Shown: one piece after another, positions 10,699 through 20,395 of the stretch | Numbering within the stretch: position 1 is the first letter of the stretch | How the letters are laid out: every line of letters starts with the position of its first letter | Translations under genes and position numbers: made by a program | The notes under the pieces: model-generated | The model's input: only the letters and a program-made list of their open reading frames with translations | Databases searched by the model: none | What the model was told of the DNA's origin: nothing | From: a virus | Length of the DNA stretch: 64,000 bases | UHGV virus genome: UHGV-0248979 | Direction: 5' to 3' (one strand)

Positions 10699-11088
10699 TT
10701 AGCTACCTACGCTAGAAAACACCCAATTGTTTCTGATGGCATTAATTTGTTTAACTGATTCTCGAATACCTTCAAACAGTTCGATGCGCTCTGATGTAGA
10801 AAGACATTGTTTGAGGTCTTTATCGAGGGAGAACAACATCGCCAATTTCGCAAGCGAAACACTCAAGATATCAGACAATTCATTACTTCTACGCCACTCG
10901 GGGTTACGGAAAATAGCCACTAGACGTCCAATACTTTCGCAAGGACATTCTTTGTTCAGTAGTTTGTCACGCTGCTCGCACAGATAAGTTTCATCTGTAA
11001 TTAATCGTTCCAGGTCATCTGGACGCATGACTGCACGAGTAGAAATCATTAATACAACAAACGGGTCTTTAAATAATTCGTTTTTCAT
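10699..11088 (-). CDS. hypothetical protein, 129 aa (paralog of previous)
   Basis: Same length and N-terminal motif as neighbour; start preceded by CCTAAAGGAG. Confidence 0.5.
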   Translation of the reverse strand: MKNELFKDPFVVLMISTRAVMRPDDLERLITDETYLCEQRDKLLNKECPCESIGRLVAIFRNPEWRRSNELSDILSVSLAKLAMLFSLDKDLKQCLSTSERIELFEGIRESVKQINAIRNNWVFSSVGS

Positions 11089-11195
11089 TTTTTAATACTC
11101 CTTTAGGTTAAACAGTCGAATAGCGTGTAATTCTACAACGCTCACCTAAGTAAAATATATCTAAGATAATTTTCAATACGGTTAAAATAAAGGTG

Positions 11196-11224
11196 GGCTA
11201 GTCTATTCGATGAATAGACTAGCC
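11196..11224 (-). terminator. intrinsic terminator hairpin
   Basis: ggctagtctatt / cgatg / aatagactagcc; T-run follows on minus strand. Confidence 0.5.
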
Positions 11225-11232
11225 GAAAGGTT

Positions 11233-11784
11233 TTACTGCACGCACAAAATCTGACCTGAGTATTCGAAGGGATTTTCTGCGAATGTTCTGAGCTGCCGAC
11301 AAACCGCTTCGACGTCAGGTTCATCCGTCCGCGTATAAATCGCGGTCCCGTTCTTTAACACCCACTCACGGCAATTCCGGCCATAGTCATCCACTAACAA
11401 TCTCCCTTTATCAGCGTAAGTCGCTTTTTCCGCAGAGTTTGTAGTTACGATAACTTTGTGACCAGGCACACCAAAGTGTTTCTCGAAGAATAATTTTTTA
11501 CACTCAACAACACGGTCGTGATCGAAATGGTCTTCCGAACCCGACGTTAATATCGCCCAACATTCCCCCAGACTTTCTACCGTTTCGAGGATTTTTGCGG
11601 CCTCGGGTATAGGGTCTAGTTTATAGAAAAGATCCGGGTCTTTTAAATACATTTCCCGGACTAGTGCACGGCGGTGCAATTCCGGCATTCCATGAAATTC
11701 TTGTATGGACATTCCTTGAAAGTGGTGAGTCAGCACGTATTTGCGCCAACTTGCGAATACGCCGTCACTATCTAAATTGAACAT
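11233..11784 (-). CDS. HAD-superfamily 5'(3')-deoxyribonucleotidase-like protein
   Basis: N-terminal MFNLDSDGVFAS matches HAD motif I (DxDGV) as in NT5C-type nucleotidases. Confidence 0.5.
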   Translation of the reverse strand: MFNLDSDGVFASWRKYVLTHHFQGMSIQEFHGMPELHRRALVREMYLKDPDLFYKLDPIPEAAKILETVESLGECWAILTSGSEDHFDHDRVVECKKLFFEKHFGVPGHKVIVTTNSAEKATYADKGRLLVDDYGRNCREWVLKNGTAIYTRTDEPDVEAVCRQLRTFAENPFEYSGQILCVQ

Positions 11785-11851
11785 TTTTGATTATCCTTTT
11801 TTGTAGAAATTCCTCCGACACAATAACGGTAGAAATCGTAAAAATAAAAAA

Positions 11852-12151
11852 TTAGGACTGCTTAATCGAAAGAATGAACCGAAACGGTTCAGTTAACAAG
11901 AGGTAAGTACGTGTAAAGTCGATTTCGGTACCGGCTTGACGCACATCGCAATAAAATTTCGCGATATCTTGTTGTGAAATACCTGCGACAATGTTGTTGA
12001 CTTTACGTTTGGTGTCAAAACGTTCAGCGAGTATCGAAGAAAGCACTTCCTTTCCAGCGCGTTCTTGAACGGCATAGATTGTTAGTGCTTTCAATTCCTC
12101 AGTCGTTAAAGTTTGCAAAGTCGGAGGTATGGCAATGTTAACCACTTTCAT
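11852..12151 (-). CDS. hypothetical protein, 99 aa
   Basis: ORF in operon context. Confidence 0.4.
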   Translation of the reverse strand: MKVVNIAIPPTLQTLTTEELKALTIYAVQERAGKEVLSSILAERFDTKRKVNNIVAGISQQDIAKFYCDVRQAGTEIDFTRTYLLLTEPFRFILSIKQS

Positions 12152-12200
12152 GCTTCCCTCACAATCGACAAATTCGGGTTGCAGACCATGAACTGGGCGA

Positions 12201-12839
12201 TTATGGAGTTACAGTGTATTCGTTTAACGCAGCGTCAAAAATACCCCGAGAGATTTCTTTTGCATCAGAAATCGTAATCTGAGGTTCCCGTTCACTACAC
12301 GTTACAGTAAGTTCGTAGAATGAACCACTTTTTAATAGCTGGTTAGCATTCAAACGAACGTCTTGGTTAAGCGCTACTGCTAACGTGTGAGTGTATCCGT
12401 TATTTGCTAATCGAACTAAACGCAGCTCACCAACCATACTAGGTTTAATTTCCCAGTTTGATAAGCGGTGAGGAACAATCCACACTTCATTGGCGCGGTA
12501 GGGTTCAGCAGACAGTTCTATCGAGGGCTGCACGACATCACGTTCGTCGAACCCATACAGATAAAAACGTGGCACAACGTTTGCGGTTTCCGCAGGTGTA
12601 AAGTAACGTCGAACACCACGCAGGCAACGTTCTAAATCGACAGAACAGCAAATACGGGGCACCGTTTTGTCTTCGTCACTGTAAACGCTATAAGGAATCC
12701 GAGGTGTGAAAACCGGAATCTTTCGATCGCTGATATGTAACGGGGCACTATCTAACTTTTTCAAAGAAACTTTCTTTGCGGTGCGTGGCAGTTGTTGCTC
12801 TAACCACTTCACCAACGAAGGTTCAATAGTATCAGCCAT
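12201..12839 (-). CDS. hypothetical protein, 212 aa
   Basis: ORF abutting the next gene (12839/12840). Confidence 0.5.
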   Translation of the reverse strand: MADTIEPSLVKWLEQQLPRTAKKVSLKKLDSAPLHISDRKIPVFTPRIPYSVYSDEDKTVPRICCSVDLERCLRGVRRYFTPAETANVVPRFYLYGFDERDVVQPSIELSAEPYRANEVWIVPHRLSNWEIKPSMVGELRLVRLANNGYTHTLAVALNQDVRLNANQLLKSGSFYELTVTCSEREPQITISDAKEISRGIFDAALNEYTVTP

Positions 12840-13643
12840 TTACCACTTCCCGTTACCTAAACCCATAACACGTAGGTTAGTTTTCTTATTAGCGATGGCC
12901 AGGTACTCCTGCGCTAACGCACGAACTTCACCACGACGAGATTCTGTCGCGATAGCAGACGTAGTGTTAGGATTTCGCAGAATGTCCTCCAGCGCCTGGA
13001 GAGAAACACGACGGTCCAGCAGTACACGAGTGGATTCTTGCGCCACTTTGCTACCGCGTTGAATTGCAGAGTATTTGTTACAAATCTGCAACCCGTCTTC
13101 GATAACCCAGTCGAACGTCACCAGGCGATCTAAGCGACGTGTTTTCACACCACCTACATAGCCTTCACGTACGATTGCGCGCAGAGAGAAACATACGTTC
13201 TGGTGTGGGTTTTCGAGCGCTTCTGCTAAGTACGGACCACGTTCACGGTTCGGCTTAACCCAGCCCCAGATTTCCATAACCGGCAACCCGTTACAGGTTT
13301 GGTCGGTTGGAATCACTTCAACCTCACGAATGTGCATACAGACGTTTTTCGTCTCAATCCACTCGTTGCGATCGATCCACTGCGCTTCGGTCATGCCAGG
13401 CTCTGGTGCCGGGTGATCTTCTTCCCCGAACAGATTCCCTGCTTTCACTTTACGCATAAAAATATTCGAGCGTTCGAATACGTGTTTAGACTCGTTATAG
13501 GCGTAAAAAATCCCTTCCGAGTTAAAGATATTCAAAGCACCCAACAGTACGCGGTAATAACCATCCGCGTCTTTCTCCAGTGTGGCTGGAGCGTTAACAC
13601 CGGCTAACGCTACACAGTTGTAACGCAGTGTTAAATTGTCCAT
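12840..13643 (-). CDS. hypothetical protein, 267 aa
   Basis: ORF abutting the downstream gene. Confidence 0.5.
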   Translation of the reverse strand: MDNLTLRYNCVALAGVNAPATLEKDADGYYRVLLGALNIFNSEGIFYAYNESKHVFERSNIFMRKVKAGNLFGEEDHPAPEPGMTEAQWIDRNEWIETKNVCMHIREVEVIPTDQTCNGLPVMEIWGWVKPNRERGPYLAEALENPHQNVCFSLRAIVREGYVGGVKTRRLDRLVTFDWVIEDGLQICNKYSAIQRGSKVAQESTRVLLDRRVSLQALEDILRNPNTTSAIATESRRGEVRALAQEYLAIANKKTNLRVMGLGNGKW

Positions 13644-13674
13644 TGTTTTCCCCGAGTAAAAGTAAAAGGTAGGA

Positions 13675-14409
13675 TTACCTCATAAACAAATCTTCGAGCG
13701 GTTCGGCACGCACCGGGTCAACCTGTAACGCGGAACGAATACCACGTTTAAGTTCTACGTCCGCAAGTTTCGCCAGTCTCGACGTTTTGTTAAGTGAACC
13801 ACTGCGCAACGGAATAAATTGCACAGGGTTGTTAAGATCGCTATCTTTCTTCAGCGTGTAACGGAAGAACGTTCTCGGATCACCTACTTTACGCTGTGTG
13901 TGTGCTGCGTAAACGTCAGCGGTAATCTGATCGGCAAATACAGTAAAACCGTTCCATTTCTTGACTTTATCAGGTGCCAAGAGTTCAGCATCATCCGCTG
14001 CAGTAAACCAGAAAGGACGATTACCAAAGTCGTAAATATACGACGCAATGTTGTAAATAGGGTGAGACAACACCTGTAAATTGCGGTTGGGGAAAACCAC
14101 TGTACCGGGATCAAAACGAAATTCGTAATAAGGAACGCCAAAGACGTCGATCTCTTCAAACGCCGTTGGGGTAATTTCCATAAGCGTTGTAACGCTGGAC
14201 ACCCCATATGTTTTACGGTCGGTAGAAATCGCAAAGATCCCTACAATTGTTACCGTAGAAGAAATAACCGCCAACTCCTTCGCCACAAACCCAACGGGGA
14301 TGTAAATGAAACATCCCCCTTTGGTAGTGGTGACCGTGCCGTTATTTACCAAGTCCGCATGAACCTTAGTAGGGTCACGACGGGCTGTTTCAATCGCACT
14401 CACGATCAC
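13675..14409 (-). CDS. hypothetical protein, 244 aa
   Basis: ORF in dense leftward operon. Confidence 0.5.
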   Translation of the reverse strand: MIVSAIETARRDPTKVHADLVNNGTVTTTKGGCFIYIPVGFVAKELAVISSTVTIVGIFAISTDRKTYGVSSVTTLMEITPTAFEEIDVFGVPYYEFRFDPGTVVFPNRNLQVLSHPIYNIASYIYDFGNRPFWFTAADDAELLAPDKVKKWNGFTVFADQITADVYAAHTQRKVGDPRTFFRYTLKKDSDLNNPVQFIPLRSGSLNKTSRLAKLADVELKRGIRSALQVDPVRAEPLEDLFMR

Positions 14410-14421
14410 CTCCTAAGCGCG

Positions 14422-15882
14422 TTAAAGTTTATCGACGAATACTGAACCTGCAATCCAGTTCAGTACATAGTCAATCATCCAACTGGTTGCGGCTTCTGCC
14501 GGGTCGGTGTTCTCAATCATCGCCGTATGAATCGCACGCATCAGCGGATCAATTTCGTAGGCGCAGAATACGGAGTTACATGCAGTCCGGATGATAAACA
14601 ACGTAATGTCTTCGTCTGCGTTGACAAAGAAATCATCACAAAAGCCCATAACAACCTGTTTGACTTCTTCGCGAGTACGCGTTAGTTCGCCAACAGTCAG
14701 GTACCCCTGGTCGAGCTGGTCGATTGCAATCGAGAACGCATTTTTCAGTGCCTGGCGGTTACGACTCACCCAATCGAGTTCGTTTCGTTTTTGAACGATA
14801 ATTGCACGACGATTGTAAGCCTCAACGTAGGCTTTCTGGTTCTCCAGCAGAGACGCAACACGTGCAGAAACGTTATAGTCGCCTTCATCCATCAGGTAAA
14901 TGGCACCCAACAGGGCTTCAACGATACCGCCTTTTTCCAGGTAGTCGTCCATCGTTTCCTGACAGATATAAACGTTTTTCTCGCTGGTATCGTAAGAGTA
15001 AACGATGTTACCTGTGGCGACACGGTTAGCCACCGCTTTTTCGAAACCGTATACCCAGCCGATAGACGTGTAGTAGGCACGACCCATTTCCGCTTTCCAT
15101 TTCAGGGCGTCAACACCTGAGTCAGGCCACGGACGTTCAATGAAGAACGAAGACAACAGCAGTACCAGAACACGTTCTTTTACCAGCTCTGGTGCTTTAT
15201 CTGCAACAGGTACGGTGTAGTTACCTGCCAGCAGCAGTCTTGCTGCGTCGTACATGCTGAGATTCAGGTCGTTCAGTAATTTACGTACCAGTTCATCGTA
15301 CGCTTTTACACCTGTTTCCGGAATCTCGATGTTGGTCGGTACATCGAACTTGATCGGGTCGTAGGTTGTACCGTTACCCATCGGGTTGGCGATTTCTTGA
15401 ATCAGCGCCTGGACGACTGGAGAATCTACACACGGATCGATACCTACTGGAATCAGGTTCCAGTCTTCGACCAACGGTTTGACATCCTCAATCGTGTTAT
15501 TCTGGATAACCAACTGTACAAACGGTTGAACAACGTTACGGGCAAAGTCTAGCATCCCGTTACAACGCTGAATGGCCATGTTCTTCAGTTCGAATAGCGT
15601 GGTTTCGTGATCGTCAACACGCAGTGCTTCAACTTCAACAGCGCCGTCACGAATAATCGAAGCTTCTGCCGTACCGTCTACAGGACGTTTAAGCTGAGTA
15701 ATCGCAGGCAGTTCCTGGAAGAACTGTTCGTCGGTGATTGTGGTATCGAAAACGCGCGTAGGGTCGACCGCACGGTTGAGTAAATCAACCGGAGAGTCAA
15801 CGTCTGTGCCAAGCTGAACATTATGCTGTTTGCACAGTTTCATGGCGTTAGTAACCGCATTCAGCGAGTATAAACTGATCAT
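14422..15882 (-). CDS. hypothetical protein, 486 aa
   Basis: ORF overlapping the upstream gene by 4 nt. Confidence 0.55.
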   Translation of the reverse strand: MISLYSLNAVTNAMKLCKQHNVQLGTDVDSPVDLLNRAVDPTRVFDTTITDEQFFQELPAITQLKRPVDGTAEASIIRDGAVEVEALRVDDHETTLFELKNMAIQRCNGMLDFARNVVQPFVQLVIQNNTIEDVKPLVEDWNLIPVGIDPCVDSPVVQALIQEIANPMGNGTTYDPIKFDVPTNIEIPETGVKAYDELVRKLLNDLNLSMYDAARLLLAGNYTVPVADKAPELVKERVLVLLLSSFFIERPWPDSGVDALKWKAEMGRAYYTSIGWVYGFEKAVANRVATGNIVYSYDTSEKNVYICQETMDDYLEKGGIVEALLGAIYLMDEGDYNVSARVASLLENQKAYVEAYNRRAIIVQKRNELDWVSRNRQALKNAFSIAIDQLDQGYLTVGELTRTREEVKQVVMGFCDDFFVNADEDITLFIIRTACNSVFCAYEIDPLMRAIHTAMIENTDPAEAATSWMIDYVLNWIAGSVFVDKL

Positions 15883-16172
15883 TGTTTAACCTCTTTATTC
15901 GTGCTGATGTTCGCCTGAAGCATCGCGTACAAACGCGCGCCCACCAGAGCTGCGATATCACGTTTCAGCAGTTTCTGATCACCGATACGGTCAGACATTC
16001 CTGAGTTACCGCGAATCAGTCCATGTACAATCTCCGTTGCTAATTCAACGGTATTACCTAAAGACACGTAGTTGGTACGTTGAATGGGACTGTATCCCTC
16101 CACGTTTTGCTGGGTAATATTTTTCCCAGTCGGAATACCGTGCCGCTGTTTGATTTTATCTAGAATAGACAT
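15879..16172 (-). CDS. hypothetical protein, 97 aa
   Basis: Small ORF overlapping the next gene by 4 nt. Confidence 0.45.
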   Translation of the reverse strand: MSILDKIKQRHGIPTGKNITQQNVEGYSPIQRTNYVSLGNTVELATEIVHGLIRGNSGMSDRIGDQKLLKRDIAALVGARLYAMLQANISTNKEVKQ

Positions 16173-16219
16173 TCTCTTCTCCGGAGTTTATCAGGGTGGG
16201 AGCGACCCACCCCTCGAGA

Positions 16220-19200
16220 TTATTTAAGTGTCGCGGGTAAATCAGGCACAGCTTCCCCATCGAGTATACGCCCGATGAGAATCCCGGCTTGTTCACCTAC
16301 AGCATTCGCGGTACCGATACGTTGGATTGAACCTACGATACGCGCATCGACAGAATCACGACCGAACAACACGTCCAGGTCATCACCATCCTCTGTTTTG
16401 TTGTCGCCGTACATGACTTCTTGTACGGTGGTTTTTAGCTGGTTAGCAATAACCATCTTATCCGCAGCGGCCATCTCAACGTCGTGTGTAATAAAGAATC
16501 GAACACAAAGTGAGTTAAAGGCTAATGGTACACCTTCGACACGGTAGTCGCCGTTTACACTGCCTGAAACCGGATCGCCACGCCCGACTGCCAAAGCGGC
16601 TTTACGACGAATTCTGTCGTATTTACGCACCAGTTCAGCAAGGCTTGGTGTCATGTCTTCGGTTTCACCGTGATACACCACTTCGATCTTATCCACGATA
16701 CCACGTACCCCTGCACGAGGTGCGTACGAACTTAAACTTTGCAACGTTGCGGCTGCTTCCTGACTAAAGGCACTCATATCGCCTGTCAAGTCGTCAGTAA
16801 ACGTGCATAGGATTGTATCGACGTCTACGTGGTCTCCTTCATTCACGATTTCCAGAAGCATCTGGTTGCTGTTAATCGTTACTTCTTTCAGCTTTGTTAC
16901 CTGCCCCACCATTTTCTTCGCGAACCGTTCAGAAATTGCGTTGGAGTCTTCGATAACTTCTTCAGCTTCTAATAAAGCAACGGTGGCCAGCACCCCGTTT
17001 TTCCAGGAAACCTGAGTAGGATCGTAAATATCAGGTTCAAAGTGTTGCTCGTTGTACGTAATCACTGCTCCGGCCGGGAGCTTATCACCGGCTTTCCAGC
17101 GTGTTACCAAGGTGTGCGGATAGAAGGTACCTTCGTGGGGGCCGAACCAGCGCCCTAGAGGAAAGGCTTCTTTACTTCCATCTTCGTACGTAATTTCAAT
17201 GTGGTCTTTCGACAGACCAGTAATCTTACCTGCTTTATCAATAACGCGTGCATGTTTCACCGAAGTACGGTGTGCGACGAATTTCTCCTGTTCAGTACGA
17301 TACGGGGTTGTGGTTGCCCCATTACAACTGGTGGCAGAACCTAACTGAATCCCAACGAAGTTTTGACGCTTTGCGTCGTCCATTAACGTATCTGGTACTA
17401 ACCCGTCAATAAACGAAAGGGTGTCGCTTGGTTTCGGGGTTTTCTCTTCACGTTTAAACGTAGTACCGTCAACGGTGTCAAAACGTGGGTTATTGGTGAC
17501 GAAAGCAGTAATACCTACGTCCCCGTTATCTACGGTGTTACCCGAGACTATCCCGATATCGCTGGGTTGGAATTCACGCGTGTGGTGGACCATCGTTTTA
17601 CGATTACGACCGCCTGTACCCCCCATCGTAATAACGTCTTTTTCTTTAATCGACTGAATAGGGTTAGCGCCTGGTGCCAAAAGTACCGACGGGTCGGAGT
17701 TAATTGCACCCCAAACCATGTCTTGCGTCAGTTCGAACTTACGGTTACTACCCGGTGCGTTATTGTAGTTACGCATCGCTCTGACCATCGCGGTATAGAT
17801 GTGGTAGGCAATCCTCTGATTTCCTAAGAACATCATTTCGTCGCCGTTAATCTCTGGTAAAGAGTGGTCAGTTTGTAACAGTTCGTTAGAACGTTCCAGC
17901 AATCCAATAAAGGTTTCCGGTTCACCCATTTTCCTGAGGATACGTGCGTGCATGTCGTCAACAAACGCGGACCGCATCTGTTTCAGCTCGTTGATGTACC
18001 GTGGTGTTAGGCCATCTGCATCACGTAATAAGTTCAGGTAAATGTCTTCACGGTCTGCTTCTGATTCGGTATAAGCAACCAGGTGTTTGAGATAGCGATC
18101 CAAACCATGCAGAATCATCTTCTGTTGATCGTTATCGCAAGTAACTAAAAGTTTACAGTCTTGTAGTCGAATAATGCTGTCGTAGGCATTCTTATCAACA
18201 CGTTGCCCTGCAGGAACCAACTCGTATTGGATACCGAAATGTTTCAACATTCCTTGGAGTCCAAGATAGAACGAGAAGATAAAACCAAGCGACAAAGATT
18301 TACCCATCAAAGACAGCTCGGTCATTTCGCGAGGCACCTTCTGGCTATTAAAGCCCAGTACCTCTGCGATAGTTCCCACTGGCTCAACTTTGTTTCCGTT
18401 CACACCGTAAAGCATGGATTTGTCATCCATTGCCAGGATTGTTTCACTACGCGGACGTTTCGCCACCGGCAGAAGTTTGGCAGCATCGGCGTCTCTGAGC
18501 TGCTCGTCGTTAAAGAAGTTAACGGCTTCTTTGTAGTCGAAGTTCCACATATAGCCGTTTGCATTAAAGCTGGCAATACGGCGTGCAATCTCCGTATACT
18601 GACGTGGCAGATGTTGCGTAGGATCGAACACATTTGCTAAACGTGCATCGGTGACTTCGGTGTTTGTCGGATCAACAGCACGTGTGATAATCGCGTTGGT
18701 TAACCAACGACCGTAATCGTTCGCGACCTTATCACTACGACGAACAAAGTTTTTACCGTAAGCGGTAGTCAGTGCGACTGTATCCGGTGCAACTTTACGA
18801 ATCGGTAAGTCCACACGTTGTCGACGCATGGTGTATTCGACACCGTTAGCTACCCAAGTACCGTCCTCGGTCAAGCCTGGGATGGAGAAGCGAACGGTTG
18901 TTGGTTCACCGCCGACCGGCTGAACACGTAAAGTGTGGTGTTCGATAGTCCCTGTAACAGAAACTTCTTTTTCCACCGTGTGGTTGTGAACTGCCAGACC
19001 CAAACGTTGTGAACTGGCGACCGCCGCCAGCACGTCCTTGGTCATCATGGTCTGGTTGTACTGTTTCACCATCTGGTCAGTGACGTTCTCTGCCCACCCT
19101 TCGTCGGTAACAAGCCGCTGAACTTTTTTCGGTTCAGCTTTAACGACGATATCCTTTTCGTGAACAGTAAGTGCTTCTCCGTAGGTTTCTTTCGGGTTAT

Positions 19201-20386
19201 ACGGGTTAGGCAGCTGAACGAAACGTTTAGACGATTCAGACAGGAACTGATATGCTTTAGAACTTAAGCGGCCCGCTTCAGCTAAGCGTTGTGCTTCCTG
19301 TTTAATAATTTCGTCATGCGGAATGACTTTCTCGACAACAATTGTCGTCGGTTTAACGTCTTCCTTCGGTTCTTCAATAACAACGTCTTCTTTTTCATCG
19401 AAGGTGTTATCGGATTCCACCACAGCGTCATTAACAACGTCATCGTCGTCGACAACATCAACGGTTTCTTCTTCGACGTCTTTAAGGAAAACACGTTCGT
19501 CACCTTCAGGCGTTAGGAACTCCGCTTCGTACGCGTTAGACGGTGCTTGTGTCATTACACGCACCAGCGTACGGTAGAACATCCGCGCCATTTGGTCGTC
19601 ACTTAAACGGCCGCCGGACGATTTACGCATTTTCTCTACAACACCCATGTTCATGGACGTAAAGCCCGTGTTGTGGGTGAAGATAAAGTTCATTCGTGAC
19701 AGCTGAGTTAAATCCATTCCCGCGAATAAGGAATCAGATTGTTTTCCATAAGCCCAAGCAAACAATTCTAATAACCACAGCAAGTTGAAGTCCTGGAACT
19801 TCTCAATCTTGCTCTTAACACGGTCGTTATAGGTTGTTTGAAACTTCTGGAACGAAGGCAATGTCGAACCCAGTTCAATAACGAAATAGTTCTGACGCAT
19901 GTATTCTTGCGTGTCGTATTTGAACTGGTTAATCATCAATAGTTGGATGTTACGCAATCTATCGTACCAGGCTAACTGGGTGTCAGGATAGTAGTAGTGC
20001 GATAACATCGGCGTGTAGTTCTCGATCAGGAGAACTTTTAAGTCTTTGCGAACCAGTTCGTCTGAGGTAAGACGACGCATCGGACGGTTTGCACGGTGGT
20101 AGGCAAAGATAGCACGTTCTTGTCCCTGTACAGGTTTGTTACGAGGATTCCCACTAATACCGTCTTCCGGTAATTTAAAGTGGTGGCGAACCTGCGCAGG
20201 TTTTTCTAACGGTTGAATAATTTCAAGCGTTGCAGGCGGTGCTAATACCACCTGGTCGAGATCAATGACGTGGAGTACAGAACCACGCGGTATCTGTAGC
20301 TTCTCGAGCGGGATAATCCTCGGATTACCAAACTCGTCGGTTTTGCGCACCGAGAAGCGTTGGTTAAACTGTTTAATGAGCAGCAT
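16220..20386 (-). CDS. large hypothetical protein, 1388 aa; candidate partner subunit of a non-canonical RNA polymerase
   Basis: Very long ORF directly downstream of the DYDGD-motif gene; internal acidic low-complexity stretch; no canonical motif confirmed. Confidence 0.6.
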   Translation of the reverse strand: MLLIKQFNQRFSVRKTDEFGNPRIIPLEKLQIPRGSVLHVIDLDQVVLAPPATLEIIQPLEKPAQVRHHFKLPEDGISGNPRNKPVQGQERAIFAYHRANRPMRRLTSDELVRKDLKVLLIENYTPMLSHYYYPDTQLAWYDRLRNIQLLMINQFKYDTQEYMRQNYFVIELGSTLPSFQKFQTTYNDRVKSKIEKFQDFNLLWLLELFAWAYGKQSDSLFAGMDLTQLSRMNFIFTHNTGFTSMNMGVVEKMRKSSGGRLSDDQMARMFYRTLVRVMTQAPSNAYEAEFLTPEGDERVFLKDVEEETVDVVDDDDVVNDAVVESDNTFDEKEDVVIEEPKEDVKPTTIVVEKVIPHDEIIKQEAQRLAEAGRLSSKAYQFLSESSKRFVQLPNPYNPKETYGEALTVHEKDIVVKAEPKKVQRLVTDEGWAENVTDQMVKQYNQTMMTKDVLAAVASSQRLGLAVHNHTVEKEVSVTGTIEHHTLRVQPVGGEPTTVRFSIPGLTEDGTWVANGVEYTMRRQRVDLPIRKVAPDTVALTTAYGKNFVRRSDKVANDYGRWLTNAIITRAVDPTNTEVTDARLANVFDPTQHLPRQYTEIARRIASFNANGYMWNFDYKEAVNFFNDEQLRDADAAKLLPVAKRPRSETILAMDDKSMLYGVNGNKVEPVGTIAEVLGFNSQKVPREMTELSLMGKSLSLGFIFSFYLGLQGMLKHFGIQYELVPAGQRVDKNAYDSIIRLQDCKLLVTCDNDQQKMILHGLDRYLKHLVAYTESEADREDIYLNLLRDADGLTPRYINELKQMRSAFVDDMHARILRKMGEPETFIGLLERSNELLQTDHSLPEINGDEMMFLGNQRIAYHIYTAMVRAMRNYNNAPGSNRKFELTQDMVWGAINSDPSVLLAPGANPIQSIKEKDVITMGGTGGRNRKTMVHHTREFQPSDIGIVSGNTVDNGDVGITAFVTNNPRFDTVDGTTFKREEKTPKPSDTLSFIDGLVPDTLMDDAKRQNFVGIQLGSATSCNGATTTPYRTEQEKFVAHRTSVKHARVIDKAGKITGLSKDHIEITYEDGSKEAFPLGRWFGPHEGTFYPHTLVTRWKAGDKLPAGAVITYNEQHFEPDIYDPTQVSWKNGVLATVALLEAEEVIEDSNAISERFAKKMVGQVTKLKEVTINSNQMLLEIVNEGDHVDVDTILCTFTDDLTGDMSAFSQEAAATLQSLSSYAPRAGVRGIVDKIEVVYHGETEDMTPSLAELVRKYDRIRRKAALAVGRGDPVSGSVNGDYRVEGVPLAFNSLCVRFFITHDVEMAAADKMVIANQLKTTVQEVMYGDNKTEDGDDLDVLFGRDSVDARIVGSIQRIGTANAVGEQAGILIGRILDGEAVPDLPATLK

Positions 20387-20395
20387 TGCTTAGCC

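Noticed and set aside
19290-19520. Acidic low-complexity stretch (VDVVDDDDVVNDAVVESDNTFDEKEDVVIEEPKEDVKP) in the 1388-aa protein, considered as a repeat or separate gene
   Set aside because: It is in frame within the long ORF with no internal stop or start signal; more likely a disordered acidic linker than an independent element.
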